A DNA stretch of 64,000 nucleotides, taken from a virus. Both the position numbers and the translations under genes were made by a program. How positions within the stretch are numbered: position 1 is the first letter of the stretch; every line of letters starts with the position of its first letter. Shown piece by piece: positions 1 through 14,988 of this stretch. The notes under the pieces were generated by a model. That model worked only from the letters and a program-made list of their open reading frames with translations. It was not told the origin of the DNA and ran no database searches. Location: IMG/VR virus record IMGVR_UViG_3300021519_000007, positions 1-64,000 of that record. One strand, written 5' to 3'.

Positions 1-946
1 CAGTTGGCGCACTTCTCATTACGGTTGGGAAAGAAGTACAAATATTTGCAGCGGTTGTAGACACAGCGCCGCCCACTCCAAAAATACCCGTCTGACCGAC
101 ATCGGTAGCCTGAATACGATAATAGTATCGTTGGCATCGACGAAGTTCCTCACCAAAATCACGAAACTCAAAATCACTAACAGCACTACCAACCTCCAAC
201 TGTACACCAGTAATATCAAAATAATCAGCAGCACCAGCAGTACCAACAGGCGTAAACACAAACGAAACACCCAACTGCGTAATAGTAGTAGCCAACACAG
301 CACTAGTCGTAACAACAAAACGCTTCCACGAAGTAGTCAAAACATTATTCGTAGTCGTATTAACAGTATTAGTAGTAAAGTTACCAGTCGTATTATCCGT
401 ACCAGTACCAGTCACAATATTAGACACAAGATAAGAAGTAGCATTAGAATAGTTAGCGCCAGCCCTAGCCCAAAAACTAAGAGTAACAAACTTACCCCGC
501 ACAGCCTGAATATTCTGTGACTCAAAACTAGTTTGAATCGTAAATGGAGTAACAAGCGTAGCGGCAACGGCACGTCCCACGCGCAAGAAGTAGTTGAACC
601 CAACAGGGTCAGTAGCCGTAATGGCCTGACGAGTAAACGCAGTTGACGTCGCCGGTGATGCCTGCAAGAATTGCCAACGATCAGCACCATAGTTTAAACC
701 AGTTGTACTAGTCGCACTTGTCGGGTTAAACGTAGTACCCCTTTGCCACACATCAAAACCACCATTAATAACAAAATTACGACGATACTCTGGACTAGCC
801 TGCATCCAACGACTAACACTATCAGCATCAACAACATACTTAAGCAACTCATCAGTATCTGTGCAGTAAATCATTTGACCAACAGAAGGACTAGCCGGTT
901 TAGTGCTAGATGTAACTACCTCGTGACCTGCTCCAAATATACTCAT
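1..946 (-). CDS. Tail fibre / receptor-binding protein with a carbohydrate-binding-like domain (partial, runs off left edge)
   Basis: Not in the ORF track because there is no stop in the window. Translated by hand from ATG at 946 (AAGGA upstream): MSIFGAGHEVVTSSTKPASPSVGQMIYCTDTDE...RNFVINGGFDVWQRG...YGADRW...VTLSFWARAG...GVQLEVGSAVSDFEFRDFGEELRRCQRYY, typical phage fibre motifs. Confidence 0.85.
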   Translation of the reverse strand, partial: MSIFGAGHEVVTSSTKPASPSVGQMIYCTDTDELLKYVVDADSVSRWMQASPEYRRNFVINGGFDVWQRGTTFNPTSATSTTGLNYGADRWQFLQASPATSTAFTRQAITATDPVGFNYFLRVGRAVAATLVTPFTIQTSFESQNIQAVRGKFVTLSFWARAGANYSNATSYLVSNIVTGTGTDNTTGNFTTNTVNTTTNNVLTTSWKRFVVTTSAVLATTITQLGVSFVFTPVGTAGAADYFDITGVQLEVGSAVSDFEFRDFGEELRRCQRYYYRIQATDVGQTGIFGVGGAVSTTAANICTSFPTVMRSAPT

Positions 947-968
947 TGTGATTCCTTAAAGTTTTCCA

Positions 969-1838
969 TTAAACCGCATACCTAATAATAACAACGCCAG
1001 AACCCCCGGCATACCCGACGAAACCACCGCCAAGACCCGCGCCACCGCCGCCGCCTAAGCCATTTGTTCCAGCCGTACCAATACTAGTTCGCCCAGTAGT
1101 GTAGTTTCCCGAATCTCCCGTTCCGCCACCACCCGAACCGGCAGCGCCGCCCGTTCCAACATGTGCAGAACCGCCGCCGCCGCCGCCATAAAGAGTTGCG
1201 GTTCCCGTTATCGACGAAGACTTTCCCGCACCACCGGCACCGGCTTGAGACGAACTTACCGAATCTTGTCCTACAGCACCCGCTCCACCACCACCAGCGG
1301 CGGCGCGACCAGCACCACCCGAATGCTGTCCCGTTCCGCCAGCAAACCCCTGACCAGAAATCCCCGTTCCGCCCACACGGAGAGTTGCGCTGGTATTGTC
1401 ATAACCGCCACCGCCGCCAGAGCCACCTGCGGAGCCACTACCGCCCGAGTTTGTTCCACCACCACCGCCGCTGGTTGAGACACCAAGACCACTAGATGGA
1501 TTTCCGCTTCCAGCAACAGTAAAAGATGTGCTAGTTGTACCTCCCGCACCACCCCCACCGACAACAACAGGATAAGTGCTTGGAATTACAGAGGCAGTTG
1601 TATCAATAACCCCACCGCCACCGCCGCCAGCGCCAGCGTTATCGCCACCACCACCGCCACCGGCAACGACCAACAAAGCAACAGGAGAAACGCCCTTGCT
1701 AATCACAAAGTTGCTAGAGCCAACCGTTGCAAAGGTATGAAAGTTATACTTTATGGAGTTAATGGTAACGGGGGCAATTGTACCCCCAGTAGCGCGAAGA
1801 CTTTGATTAGCGTTGGCAACTTGTCCAATAGGAATCAT
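969..1838 (-). CDS. Glycine-rich (polyglycine) fibre-tip/adhesin-like protein
   Basis: ATGG...HTF...LVVAGGGGGG...GGSGVVIIRY, the characteristic phage Gly-rich domain; directly follows a fibre gene. Confidence 0.8.
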   Translation of the reverse strand: MIPIGQVANANQSLRATGGTIAPVTINSIKYNFHTFATVGSSNFVISKGVSPVALLVVAGGGGGGDNAGAGGGGGGVIDTTASVIPSTYPVVVGGGGAGGTTSTSFTVAGSGNPSSGLGVSTSGGGGGTNSGGSGSAGGSGGGGGYDNTSATLRVGGTGISGQGFAGGTGQHSGGAGRAAAGGGGAGAVGQDSVSSSQAGAGGAGKSSSITGTATLYGGGGGGSAHVGTGGAAGSGGGGTGDSGNYTTGRTSIGTAGTNGLGGGGGAGLGGGFVGYAGGSGVVIIRYAV

Positions 1839-1857
1839 GCTGTTTGTCCAATAGGAA

Positions 1858-1866
<9 letters not shown>
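1821..1866. repeat. Perfect 23-bp tandem duplication (ttgtccaataggaatcatgctgt x2) spanning a gene junction
   Basis: Copies at 1821-1843 and 1844-1866 read directly from the sequence. Confidence 0.95.
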
Positions 1867-6051
<4,185 letters not shown>

Positions 6052-6097
6052 CTGAGTTTACTACCTCGGAATACGGAAGGGCACTCCCCTTCTTACT

Positions 6098-6106
6098 ATT
6101 ATACCA
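6098..6106 (-). promoter_or_regulatory. Extended -10 promoter (TGGTATAAT) upstream of the collagen fibre gene
   Basis: Perfect TGnTATAAT in the intergenic gap 6052-6129. Confidence 0.55.
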
Positions 6107-6129
6107 TAGTTAAGTGCTTAGTTAATGGA

Positions 6130-7038
6130 TTAAGCAATTTTGATTACGCGCAAATTTGTCGGATACTGGTCGCTGCCAGACATCCCGCCAATAGACCCTT
6201 CATAATCAAAAAATTTAGCAACTGTGTAAATAGTGTTGCCTGCGGAAAGTTGAACAAGCATTGGTATATTCATAAATTTCATGGTCCCATCGTAAGTCGC
6301 TTGAGACTGTATCCAATTTGCTCCACCGTAAACCCATTGACGATAAATGCTAGAACCGCTGTAAGAGTAAAACGCTGTTGAAACATCAATAGAGTAATAC
6401 CCTGAACTACTGACAGTCAGGGCATTTGTCTCGGAATTCCACGAGAAAATAGAACCGTTGCTATTATATTCTTCAATATACGCAATGTTTGTTTCTGTTC
6501 CAGAAGTTACCGTTTGAGGACCCTGTTGACTTAGTCTTCCGTACCAAAACTGAGTGCTAAATCCACTTGCTCCAGCAGGACCAGTTGGACCTGTGGCACC
6601 TTGAGGTCCAGTTGGTCCTGTGACCATAGAGGCCGCGCCTGTCGAACCAGTTGGACCTGTAGCACCTGTAGAGCCCGTCGGCCCTGTGACACCCTGAGCA
6701 CCAGTGGCTCCTGTCGGACCCGTAGGACCCGTAGGTCCCGTGGGGCCCGTTGGTCCCGTAACCCTTATAAAGTTTTCAGAATCACCGAGATCTAATACGT
6801 TTTGAATAGTATTACCAATAACAATATATTTGCTTATATTGTCAACTAGATCTCTTTTTACCTTGTCGTTTTGAGTATCTACATAGACATACTCTTCGCC
6901 GACCAGAGAAACATCCCCAATGTAAATTGTATCCTTAACAATTTTTTTAATTTTTACATACGAGTTATAAAAGTTATAAGACTGATTTAATATTGCCTTT
7001 CCTTCTACTTCTGCTATTGCCTCTTCATATTCTGACAT
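6130..7038 (-). CDS. Short collagen-repeat fibre protein with C1q/TNF-like C-terminal domain
   Basis: About 20 GPT/GAT triplets followed by a beta domain ([14 protein letters not shown]...[11 protein letters not shown]...LRVIKIA). Confidence 0.7.
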   Translation of the reverse strand: MSEYEEAIAEVEGKAILNQSYNFYNSYVKIKKIVKDTIYIGDVSLVGEEYVYVDTQNDKVKRDLVDNISKYIVIGNTIQNVLDLGDSENFIRVTGPTGPTGPTGPTGPTGATGAQGVTGPTGSTGATGPTGSTGAASMVTGPTGPQGATGPTGPAGASGFSTQFWYGRLSQQGPQTVTSGTETNIAYIEEYNSNGSIFSWNSETNALTVSSSGYYSIDVSTAFYSYSGSSIYRQWVYGGANWIQSQATYDGTMKFMNIPMLVQLSAGNTIYTVAKFFDYEGSIGGMSGSDQYPTNLRVIKIA

Positions 7039-7045
7039 ATCGAAC

Positions 7046-10000
7046 CTAGCGCTTCAGTGACTCGTAATACACTTCAGAAATGCCGAGAACAGTTTCGCTC
7101 TCGTTAACATTTATACCCGACCTGGGAGTGTAAAAGTCGGATGAGTCTATCTCACCTTCGCCAACCGCAAACGCATTAAGGAATGCAAGTATGGAAGTCG
7201 ATGCTACAATGTTCTTATTGCCTATAGCGGCTAGTTTCAAATAGTGTAGATCTGTTGCTCGTACTACAGTCTGGCCAGTGACAATATTATTAGCCACAGT
7301 GACGGGCATGTTGTTCTGGAATAGGCGGCCCATAGAAACGTATTTGGGGAGAACAGTATACTCTGAGATCCAGGCATCCTCGGTTAGAGCGCGTGCCTGT
7401 AACTGTATGTAGTTTCCTATTTGATCATCTGGTAGATGCAAGCCACCGTATTGCTTATTGACATTATTTCTGAACGGTGCCCATAGACCATTGTCACTGA
7501 CGCGCATTTCCCACTCAATTGTTTGCGTGTTGATCTTTATATTATCAACCCACCATTTGCCTATGAATCCAGATGCATCCGCGTCTCCGTCGCCGTCAGA
7601 AACAAGCACAAGATAATAGTCACCACTCCTGGCTCTTGTTCCACGCATATCGAACGAAACGTGTGACCAAGCCCCAGGAATAAAATCAAAACTAATCGGA
7701 GCACCTTCGGGCACTACGCCAGAGAATACATCTATGCCATTAGTGCCAGCAGGCTGCTCGGCTGGCCTGAGCAGGAACTTCGGTCTTAGTGTTTTTGATT
7801 TGAGTTGACGTGGAGCCCAAATATCGAACTCAATAAATAGATGGCTCCAGTCATCAACTGTAAACTGGTTTGATACTACACCCGGCAGAAGCGTTCTGCC
7901 CTTGGATTCAAAAGCATAACTACCCATACCGCTAATGGTCCTTTGACTGTCTGAGTAGACACGATCGGAACCGTTTAGCGTGAAAAAGTTTTCAAACAGA
8001 TTTTTATTTCCAGAATCAACCGTGAATAATTGTGCTCCCTCGATGGCGGTCTCGCTCTTGAATTGCTTTGTTTGCAATACGGCGTAGGCTGCCGAGTCTA
8101 GACTGAAGGAATTGATATACATATCCTTGTCTGCAAACTCGGCATACCAGCCGATACGTCCGGTGACTGGACTCCACTCAGGACTTGAGGCCACGGCACT
8201 GCTATACACCGTGTGGTCGGGTTGTTCGGCAGATGTGAGTTCATCTATCTCAACAGACATATTATTGCCCTGAACGATCAGCGACAATTCGTAGTTCGTC
8301 TCCCCGGACAGCACTGGGAGATAAGATATGCCTTTGTTCGCAGAAGCATACTGTTCAATAAAAACACCCCCAGGATGTATATCCCAAAATAGGGCAGGGG
8401 TCTTGTTATCATAAGATTTATTTCTTAATGTCTTATACCTTTTTAGCGTAGACGATGAACGCACGGCGAATGAATACTCTGCTGTTAGCCAGGAGGACTG
8501 AATCAAATCATTCAACTCTTGCTCCCTAGCAAAAAGCATAAATCTGTTGACGTTACTCTCTGATATAAATTTTCCTGTCTGAAAAATAAACGATTCTTTG
8601 CTATCAAGCGGGTTGAGATCAGACCCAATTGTGACTATCTTGTCTCCCCTTATCATCGGTGGGATTTTCATTATGCTCTGATCGTAGCCAAGATCTGGAA
8701 CATAGACATTCTCTTCAAGCGTGTTTACTTCTACTGACGTGTGCTTTACACCTCCCGATACCGCATTATTAATACAGCGAATACTCATGATCTCTATCGA
8801 TGTATTTTTGGGCGACCTAGCAAAACCCGCGAAAAATATCCTTACGCCGGTTATATTCCAAAAATCAAATTCTGCACTGGCTGTCATAAACTCCGACAGG
8901 TGGGCAATAAACTCGGGTTTTATTGTTCCCGGAACAAGGTCTTTATCACTTGCCGAAACCTGCGGGTAGAGATGATCTTTAAAAGACACTGGATTGCTTG
9001 TGGCCGGTCCCGCAAAAGAGCCATCGGGTGCCGACGTGAACTGGATAAAACAGCCCGGCCTTGCTGGATCCTCCCAACCGTTCAGGATATTAACACCAGG
9101 CAATGCGACTCCAGCGCCGGTATCCCATGGGAAATCTGAGAACGTCATGTTGATCGTTAGATCTTCCCCGTCAGTTGTGAGATCTGGTCTTTGTCCCGGG
9201 TATTTCCCAATCTTTGTGCAGTTGACAACACCATTGACAGATTGCATATACACCGACCAGTTCGTCCCGACCTTTGTAAGCGCCCGAGCAAAACTGAAAT
9301 TGAGCCCCCTCGTGTTTTCTTTTGTGCTAATTTTTCCTACAGAGTAATCAGATTCCTGGAATTGAGAACGGACAGGACTACTAGTGCCTGCCGGTGGTGT
9401 GCTGCCAGTAAAACCCTTCTTAAGCGTCCAGTTTTCATTCTTATATCTGTATGCTATTTTTAATTCGTCAACAGTCGACGATGTATTGAGTGGGTCCCCG
9501 GTCTCAATATAATTCTGATCAAAAGAGACTGCATCAAACGTACTGATGCCGGTTGTCGGATCGTAACCCTCAATGCTTGTAGTGCTGGGAGACAAGTCCG
9601 AAAGTGGCATTCTGAGTAGGCTCAAGTCGCCGAACATCTCACTGAACTCAATAAGAAGCGTGGGGGTTGTGGCATCGCCAAGACTATTCACAACGTTTCT
9701 GATCGGATCCTCCGAAGTTCTAGAGAACTTTGGAAGCATGTTCAGTGCATCATTTAGGGTAGACTTAATCTGAGACGAGGTCTGATCATGCGCAAAAGGT
9801 CCCAGGCTAATCGGAACATACGGATCGTTATCGGTTGGATAGTAGAGAATAGAGAACGTTCCAGATGTAACGGGATCGTTCAGAGTTATTATTTGCGAGA
9901 AGGCTTTTTGATTTACATGGTAAGTGTTTAGTTCTTTTATTGTTCTACGGCGTACAGGATATCTATAATTGATAAAGTCTCTTATGTTTACGTGCTTCTG

Positions 10001-10693
10001 CGCAAGCGTAGTATCAATTGCGGACGCATTATCAGCAAACGCAAAACCAATCTCAACGGATTTTATTTTTGATTTGGCTTCAATTGGAACCCAGTCTGCG
10101 ATGGCGGCACTAGACCGAATGGAGTATGTTGTGGCGTTCGACCCAGTAAGGGTGTGGGTTACCTGTGTTGCCGGTGTACCACCCATACGGGGGTTCATCA
10201 TCCAATGCTCCACCCGGATCTGGTTGTCGACAAAAATCACCACGAGCCAATAGTCTGTGTTGGATGTTAGGGACGCACAAAACTCTGTGGCAAGAACACT
10301 CTCGACCCCGGAGACTCTTTTAACAATTTCAAGACTTGAGGTTTGGTGGTTGAGTTTTCCAATAATGCAAGTGTTATTTGTCACACGACGACCGGCAACG
10401 CCAACCCGATAATCCATTGCATTTGCGCCAGTGGTCACCTCAACAACGGCGGCAAAGTTCAGAAGATTAGTCTTTTGATTCAACTGAAACTCATGAACGT
10501 TTGAATAACCACCGGTGGCGACAATGCCACCACTTTGTGAAATCGACACACTGTTAGATATCTGTGTTATATTGCCTAGCGTAGAGAAGTCTTCAACAAA
10601 CCAATAGTCTGTTGTGGGAGGCGTGCCTCCGATCAGCGTAGTGTATCCGCTGAACTGCCCCTCGTCGGAGTCAAATAGGTCTGTTGCCGCCAT
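7046..10693 (-). CDS. Large baseplate/tail protein with lectin-like beta-sandwich domains
   Basis: 1215 aa, aromatic beta-rich, CBM-like motif (WWVDNIKI); located after the baseplate wedge genes. Confidence 0.6.
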   Translation of the reverse strand: MAATDLFDSDEGQFSGYTTLIGGTPPTTDYWFVEDFSTLGNITQISNSVSISQSGGIVATGGYSNVHEFQLNQKTNLLNFAAVVEVTTGANAMDYRVGVAGRRVTNNTCIIGKLNHQTSSLEIVKRVSGVESVLATEFCASLTSNTDYWLVVIFVDNQIRVEHWMMNPRMGGTPATQVTHTLTGSNATTYSIRSSAAIADWVPIEAKSKIKSVEIGFAFADNASAIDTTLAQKHVNIRDFINYRYPVRRRTIKELNTYHVNQKAFSQIITLNDPVTSGTFSILYYPTDNDPYVPISLGPFAHDQTSSQIKSTLNDALNMLPKFSRTSEDPIRNVVNSLGDATTPTLLIEFSEMFGDLSLLRMPLSDLSPSTTSIEGYDPTTGISTFDAVSFDQNYIETGDPLNTSSTVDELKIAYRYKNENWTLKKGFTGSTPPAGTSSPVRSQFQESDYSVGKISTKENTRGLNFSFARALTKVGTNWSVYMQSVNGVVNCTKIGKYPGQRPDLTTDGEDLTINMTFSDFPWDTGAGVALPGVNILNGWEDPARPGCFIQFTSAPDGSFAGPATSNPVSFKDHLYPQVSASDKDLVPGTIKPEFIAHLSEFMTASAEFDFWNITGVRIFFAGFARSPKNTSIEIMSIRCINNAVSGGVKHTSVEVNTLEENVYVPDLGYDQSIMKIPPMIRGDKIVTIGSDLNPLDSKESFIFQTGKFISESNVNRFMLFAREQELNDLIQSSWLTAEYSFAVRSSSTLKRYKTLRNKSYDNKTPALFWDIHPGGVFIEQYASANKGISYLPVLSGETNYELSLIVQGNNMSVEIDELTSAEQPDHTVYSSAVASSPEWSPVTGRIGWYAEFADKDMYINSFSLDSAAYAVLQTKQFKSETAIEGAQLFTVDSGNKNLFENFFTLNGSDRVYSDSQRTISGMGSYAFESKGRTLLPGVVSNQFTVDDWSHLFIEFDIWAPRQLKSKTLRPKFLLRPAEQPAGTNGIDVFSGVVPEGAPISFDFIPGAWSHVSFDMRGTRARSGDYYLVLVSDGDGDADASGFIGKWWVDNIKINTQTIEWEMRVSDNGLWAPFRNNVNKQYGGLHLPDDQIGNYIQLQARALTEDAWISEYTVLPKYVSMGRLFQNNMPVTVANNIVTGQTVVRATDLHYLKLAAIGNKNIVASTSILAFLNAFAVGEGEIDSSDFYTPRSGINVNESETVLGISEVYYESLKR

Positions 10694-10696
10694 GTC

Positions 10697-13414
10697 TTAT
10701 TCCGTAATATTCGTTAGTACTGCGTAGATTGTCGTGGCGCCTGATGACGACGCAATGATTGGCGGCTGTATATCGCCCGATACGGTTGCCTGCCCGGTTG
10801 AAAGCGCCTGTCCATCTTTTGCGCCGAGTTCAATTTCATCCGCATTCATTACTTCTGTGATGAGTATAGCAAAGCCATGGGCCGTGTATTTATCAACAGA
10901 GTTTATAATGTTTGGTATGACCAGTCTTGCCGGTATATCATCTCTTTTGATCTTATTTTTTTTGCTTACCGCATCATAAGCAATCACAAAGTCTTGATCT
11001 CTGTAGTAGGTCGACCCCTCCTTGAAGGCGCCCGATCTTGCGATAACAGATGTGGCTATGCTACCCGAGCCAATTAAATCAACTGGTTCATACGAGGGGG
11101 AGTCACTTGTCGGAGATTCGAAGTAAACAATTTCGTCTTCGTATGTTTGACCCCCAACTGTGTAGGTTACAAAGATTGGATCCCCCACGGGCATCGAGAT
11201 CTTTTGCTCCGCCTGCCACGTACTGTACTCAATGAACGGAGACGACTCTGCGTCTTCATAAACAAGAACATCGTGAATGATAGGATCATCGATCTTTACA
11301 GAATAATCTTTTCTTAGGAACCGGATCTCCGATATAGATACAGTGTACGACTTTTTATTGTATCTTGCTCTTTTAACAGAGTATTGATGAGAACAAACTC
11401 TATTAAACAATAGGGAGAGTTCTTCGCTTCTTGTTGTTTCAAATCTGTTATTGGTATTTGATACACTTCTTGAGTCTATCAATCGAGGATATTTTTTTGC
11501 TTCGGATATATATGTTTGAGAATAGTCGTTAACATATTTATCATATACAGAAGACCCCAGAGTGCTGCTTGTGTCAGACATATAAATGCTTGGCTGGGAG
11601 TAGGGGTTCTTTGAGAAGGAGATCTTGCCGAGCAGGTTGGACTGCGCTGTACCGAACCCATTGGCATCTATGTTCTGATCCAGAGTTTGTTTTGTCGGAG
11701 CATAGATTCTGGTGTCTACATTGTTCTCCATCTTGGGTGCGAAAACATCATGGATTTTAAACGATACAAATTTTTCTTGCTGGAGATGTTCGTTGTCACT
11801 GGTAGGCTGCGGTCCTGGGTTGTCGCTGTAAACCCAATCCGGAAACTCTTTGAACGTCACTCCCGGAAGTATTGGATAATTTGGAAGATTCATCGCGACT
11901 GGCTGCAGGTTGTAAAACTCGAGGCAAATCCAGTTTGCTGCGACAGGATAAGGAAAATCGATTATTTGCTTTTGGTTGAGTTTAAAACTTTGACGGACCG
12001 GAGTCCACAGGATGTTCTCCCAGTCGTCAATGTTTTGTGGGGGATGTTCGCCAAGTTCTTGGCGAGAAAAATATACGTTCATTCTCACGCCCGGCGTCAA
12101 GGTGTTTACCTCTATGGTGTCTATTACCGCAGACCGATATGAGCCGTCGACAATTTTTCGAATATCGAAGTATAGAGCCTCGACCCCCTCAGAGGAAGGA
12201 TTCGGGAAGTTTGTCCAGTTGGTGTAGATCTTGCCATCGTTTGCTTGTTCGGCAGAGTTATATCTTACGCCCTCTCGGTACCCATTTCCCAAAAGATCTT
12301 TGCCTAGGTTTCCAACTTCAGACAAAACTCTATACGTCAAGCACTGGTTATTAAGACGAGTCAAAGCCCCAGAGTTATTATAAGCGTATACGTCATTGTC
12401 TTCTGGTGATCCGAATTGGTTGTTCGGGTTGGGCGATACAGAGCAGACGTTTTTCACCTTGTCCGGTGTAAGATTCCTAATGCGGATTTCATATTTGTGA
12501 CCAGCCTCAGAAACAACTGGAGTGTCAAAAGAGACTCTCAACCACTCGGGCATTGTGTTAAGTGTTACGTCCCCGGCAATACCGGACGGAGACGGTGCTG
12601 TGGTTTTTTGATAACGTCCTTCGGAAAGAACGATATCGTAATTGGTTACATCAACGAACTTCCAATCAATAACGACATCTGTCTGGAAACCTGACGGCTC
12701 GACTAGAATCTCAAATCCCTTCATTCTGGGGACGATATCTGTCGGCAAAAATAATCCAATATTTGTTAAGTCAGTTGTTGCCGTTGCTTTGAAAACCGCC
12801 GAATCGGGAAAAATAAATCTTTGGCGTAATTCGGAAGAAAAATCAATAAGGTCAGAAAAAGATTTGGTGTCAATTATTGAGCCACACACATCCTGGATGC
12901 CGGAAACATACCTGCCAACGCGAAAATTATTTACGTCAATCGAGTAGGGGAACTGTGGAAAGTCTTTTGTCGGCCAATCTTCGGTTCGACGAGTGAATTT
13001 AATTCTTATTCTTTGCGTCTCCAGAATTGAATCCTCCTGGTCGAGAAAATAAAATTCGCAATGCTTCCAAGGATTTATTGAGTTTGATTCATAGGAGACA
13101 CTGTGGTCAAAAAGTTGATCAACAACAGGTTTAACACTCCTCCACCTAGAGCCAATCCCGTCCGAGTACTCATCAATGTTGTCAAGATCCACTGAGTCAT
13201 ACTGTATCTCTATATCGATTGGTTTTTTAATAACGTCAAAAGACATGTAGTTCAGTGATCTTCTCTTGCCCAGATTGATTTCAAGATAATCAGACGCACC
13301 ACCTACTTCGTTTCTTGAAGACCACCAAAGGCCGCCGCCGGAGTTACTATACTCGTTGCCCTCGGCACTAAAATACGTTATATCGTAAACGCCGTTTACT
13401 TGCCCAATCATCAC
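10697..13414 (-). CDS. Baseplate/tail protein with discoidin (F5/8)-like domains
   Basis: WWSS...DYLEINLGKRRSLNYMSF and a second related unit (ANDG...W...EALYFDIR); overlaps the wedge gene stop. Confidence 0.6.
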   Translation of the reverse strand: MMIGQVNGVYDITYFSAEGNEYSNSGGGLWWSSRNEVGGASDYLEINLGKRRSLNYMSFDVIKKPIDIEIQYDSVDLDNIDEYSDGIGSRWRSVKPVVDQLFDHSVSYESNSINPWKHCEFYFLDQEDSILETQRIRIKFTRRTEDWPTKDFPQFPYSIDVNNFRVGRYVSGIQDVCGSIIDTKSFSDLIDFSSELRQRFIFPDSAVFKATATTDLTNIGLFLPTDIVPRMKGFEILVEPSGFQTDVVIDWKFVDVTNYDIVLSEGRYQKTTAPSPSGIAGDVTLNTMPEWLRVSFDTPVVSEAGHKYEIRIRNLTPDKVKNVCSVSPNPNNQFGSPEDNDVYAYNNSGALTRLNNQCLTYRVLSEVGNLGKDLLGNGYREGVRYNSAEQANDGKIYTNWTNFPNPSSEGVEALYFDIRKIVDGSYRSAVIDTIEVNTLTPGVRMNVYFSRQELGEHPPQNIDDWENILWTPVRQSFKLNQKQIIDFPYPVAANWICLEFYNLQPVAMNLPNYPILPGVTFKEFPDWVYSDNPGPQPTSDNEHLQQEKFVSFKIHDVFAPKMENNVDTRIYAPTKQTLDQNIDANGFGTAQSNLLGKISFSKNPYSQPSIYMSDTSSTLGSSVYDKYVNDYSQTYISEAKKYPRLIDSRSVSNTNNRFETTRSEELSLLFNRVCSHQYSVKRARYNKKSYTVSISEIRFLRKDYSVKIDDPIIHDVLVYEDAESSPFIEYSTWQAEQKISMPVGDPIFVTYTVGGQTYEDEIVYFESPTSDSPSYEPVDLIGSGSIATSVIARSGAFKEGSTYYRDQDFVIAYDAVSKKNKIKRDDIPARLVIPNIINSVDKYTAHGFAILITEVMNADEIELGAKDGQALSTGQATVSGDIQPPIIASSSGATTIYAVLTNITE

Positions 13415-14988
13415 GCTGTCACGGCACCCTTGAATATAGCGTTAGTGTTATTGACCGGCAATATGTTTGATGGATAAAAGATTTCATTATCTTCAACGCC
13501 CTGAAGGAACGTGTATATCTTTTCAACTGGTTCAAAGAATTTTCCGCTATGAACGGAGGGGTATTTTTGGTAAGCCTGATTCGGTCCATTATAAAAACTA
13601 TCTGTGTCATATGCAGAATCATAGATCGCAGAATCGTTATATGCAATAACAGTATCTACCGTAATAAACATAACCGGAAGATCAACTCCAACGTATGGGT
13701 AGTTTCTCTCTTCGTTCTCTTTCCCAGCCTCAAGGATCTTACCGTTTAGCAGGTCGGTCTTAACGTAATTGACTGAGGCATTGCCCGTTACAAATCTACT
13801 AACTGAGAATTTTTCTGAGGAGGCAAAAACACTATTGGTGTTGACCGCTATGTATCTTTCATCGGAGGGAGCAATAGAGAACACGGTACCCTGCGGCTGG
13901 ATTTTTGCTATAAGATTGTCGAGGTTCTTTTGCACACGGGGGTTGAGATAATCACTGTGTCCTGATCTTTTGGAGAGACCAACTGTTGGAGCATGGGAAA
14001 TAAGGGCGTCGTAATAAGCAGAGGACGGGTCGCCAAAATCTCCAACATAAAATAGATCGCTGGATGATGACTGCTCTAAAGCAACGCTCTCAATACTGTC
14101 CATTTGGGAAGCGTCTATGGAGAGTCCACTTATGGAAAGGTTTGACGAACTGAATTTTATTACATATGTTGTTGTGGTCGTTTGCTCGACTGTCGCATTG
14201 CTCGATTTGACCCCCTTGAAGGATTTTAGCGCCGACAGGAGTAGTGACGGGGATACCTGCTGAACATACACGCTGGGTGAGTGCTCGCCGTTTAAAACAA
14301 ATTGAAAATATCCCGCGTCTGTTGTGGAGTTTACACTCAACCTTGCGAATGGTTCGCTGACGCTGGGGTTAGCACCAACCTCTGGGCGAATTATAAATTC
14401 ATTAACAGAATTGGTTGAACCATATTTTTCAACGCCTATAGGATAATCAGAATTTTTATCAAATATGTGTTTATAGTTTTCCGCAACGCTGACGGTTTGA
14501 CCTATCGCTGCGCTTGCCGCTGCTTCGATTCCCTGCAGTGTTCCGCCCATTCTTGTTGCCTGGAGGTATCCGATGGCGCGTGATCTGTACGCTTTGTCTG
14601 CAGACTCAATCACCTGCCACTCCTCGGACGTAAGCGTGCTCTTCTTTGGATCGATCAGATACCTTTCGTCAGTCAGACGATCAAAACCAGCCAAAGGTGA
14701 ATAAAGATTGTCCAGATTTTGAAATCCCAGTGCTGCGCTTTCGAATTGAAGCCTGGCGATCAGAGACTTTTTCTTGAGTATGCCCGATCCTGAGTCTCCG
14801 ACAAGGGCGGTTAGAAACCCGTAGAGGTGGGAGTCTCTGCTCTTGGTGTAGACCTCCTCCGGAAAACGGAGCATCAGGTGTTCTACAAAAAGGGGACCAT
14901 CAAGAGGCTCAACAACGGGATTCTCCACCAGCGAGAAATACATCTGGCCGTTTGAGTCATTGACCTTGTATTGATTGAGCGTGGGCAT
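13411..14988 (-). CDS. Baseplate wedge protein (P2 gpI-like)
   Basis: D-x-x-YR-x-R...GGTLQGIEAA motif; immediately downstream of baseplate J. Confidence 0.65.
   Translation of the reverse strand: MPTLNQYKVNDSNGQMYFSLVENPVVEPLDGPLFVEHLMLRFPEEVYTKSRDSHLYGFLTALVGDSGSGILKKKSLIARLQFESAALGFQNLDNLYSPLAGFDRLTDERYLIDPKKSTLTSEEWQVIESADKAYRSRAIGYLQATRMGGTLQGIEAAASAAIGQTVSVAENYKHIFDKNSDYPIGVEKYGSTNSVNEFIIRPEVGANPSVSEPFARLSVNSTTDAGYFQFVLNGEHSPSVYVQQVSPSLLLSALKSFKGVKSSNATVEQTTTTTYVIKFSSSNLSISGLSIDASQMDSIESVALEQSSSSDLFYVGDFGDPSSAYYDALISHAPTVGLSKRSGHSDYLNPRVQKNLDNLIAKIQPQGTVFSIAPSDERYIAVNTNSVFASSEKFSVSRFVTGNASVNYVKTDLLNGKILEAGKENEERNYPYVGVDLPVMFITVDTVIAYNDSAIYDSAYDTDSFYNGPNQAYQKYPSVHSGKFFEPVEKIYTFLQGVEDNEIFYPSNILPVNNTNAIFKGAVTA

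Noticed and set aside
19-985. Track ORFs at the left edge (hydrophobic minus-strand and S/T/N-rich plus-strand)
   Set aside because: Artefacts of codon skew; the real gene is the unlisted frame starting at 946.
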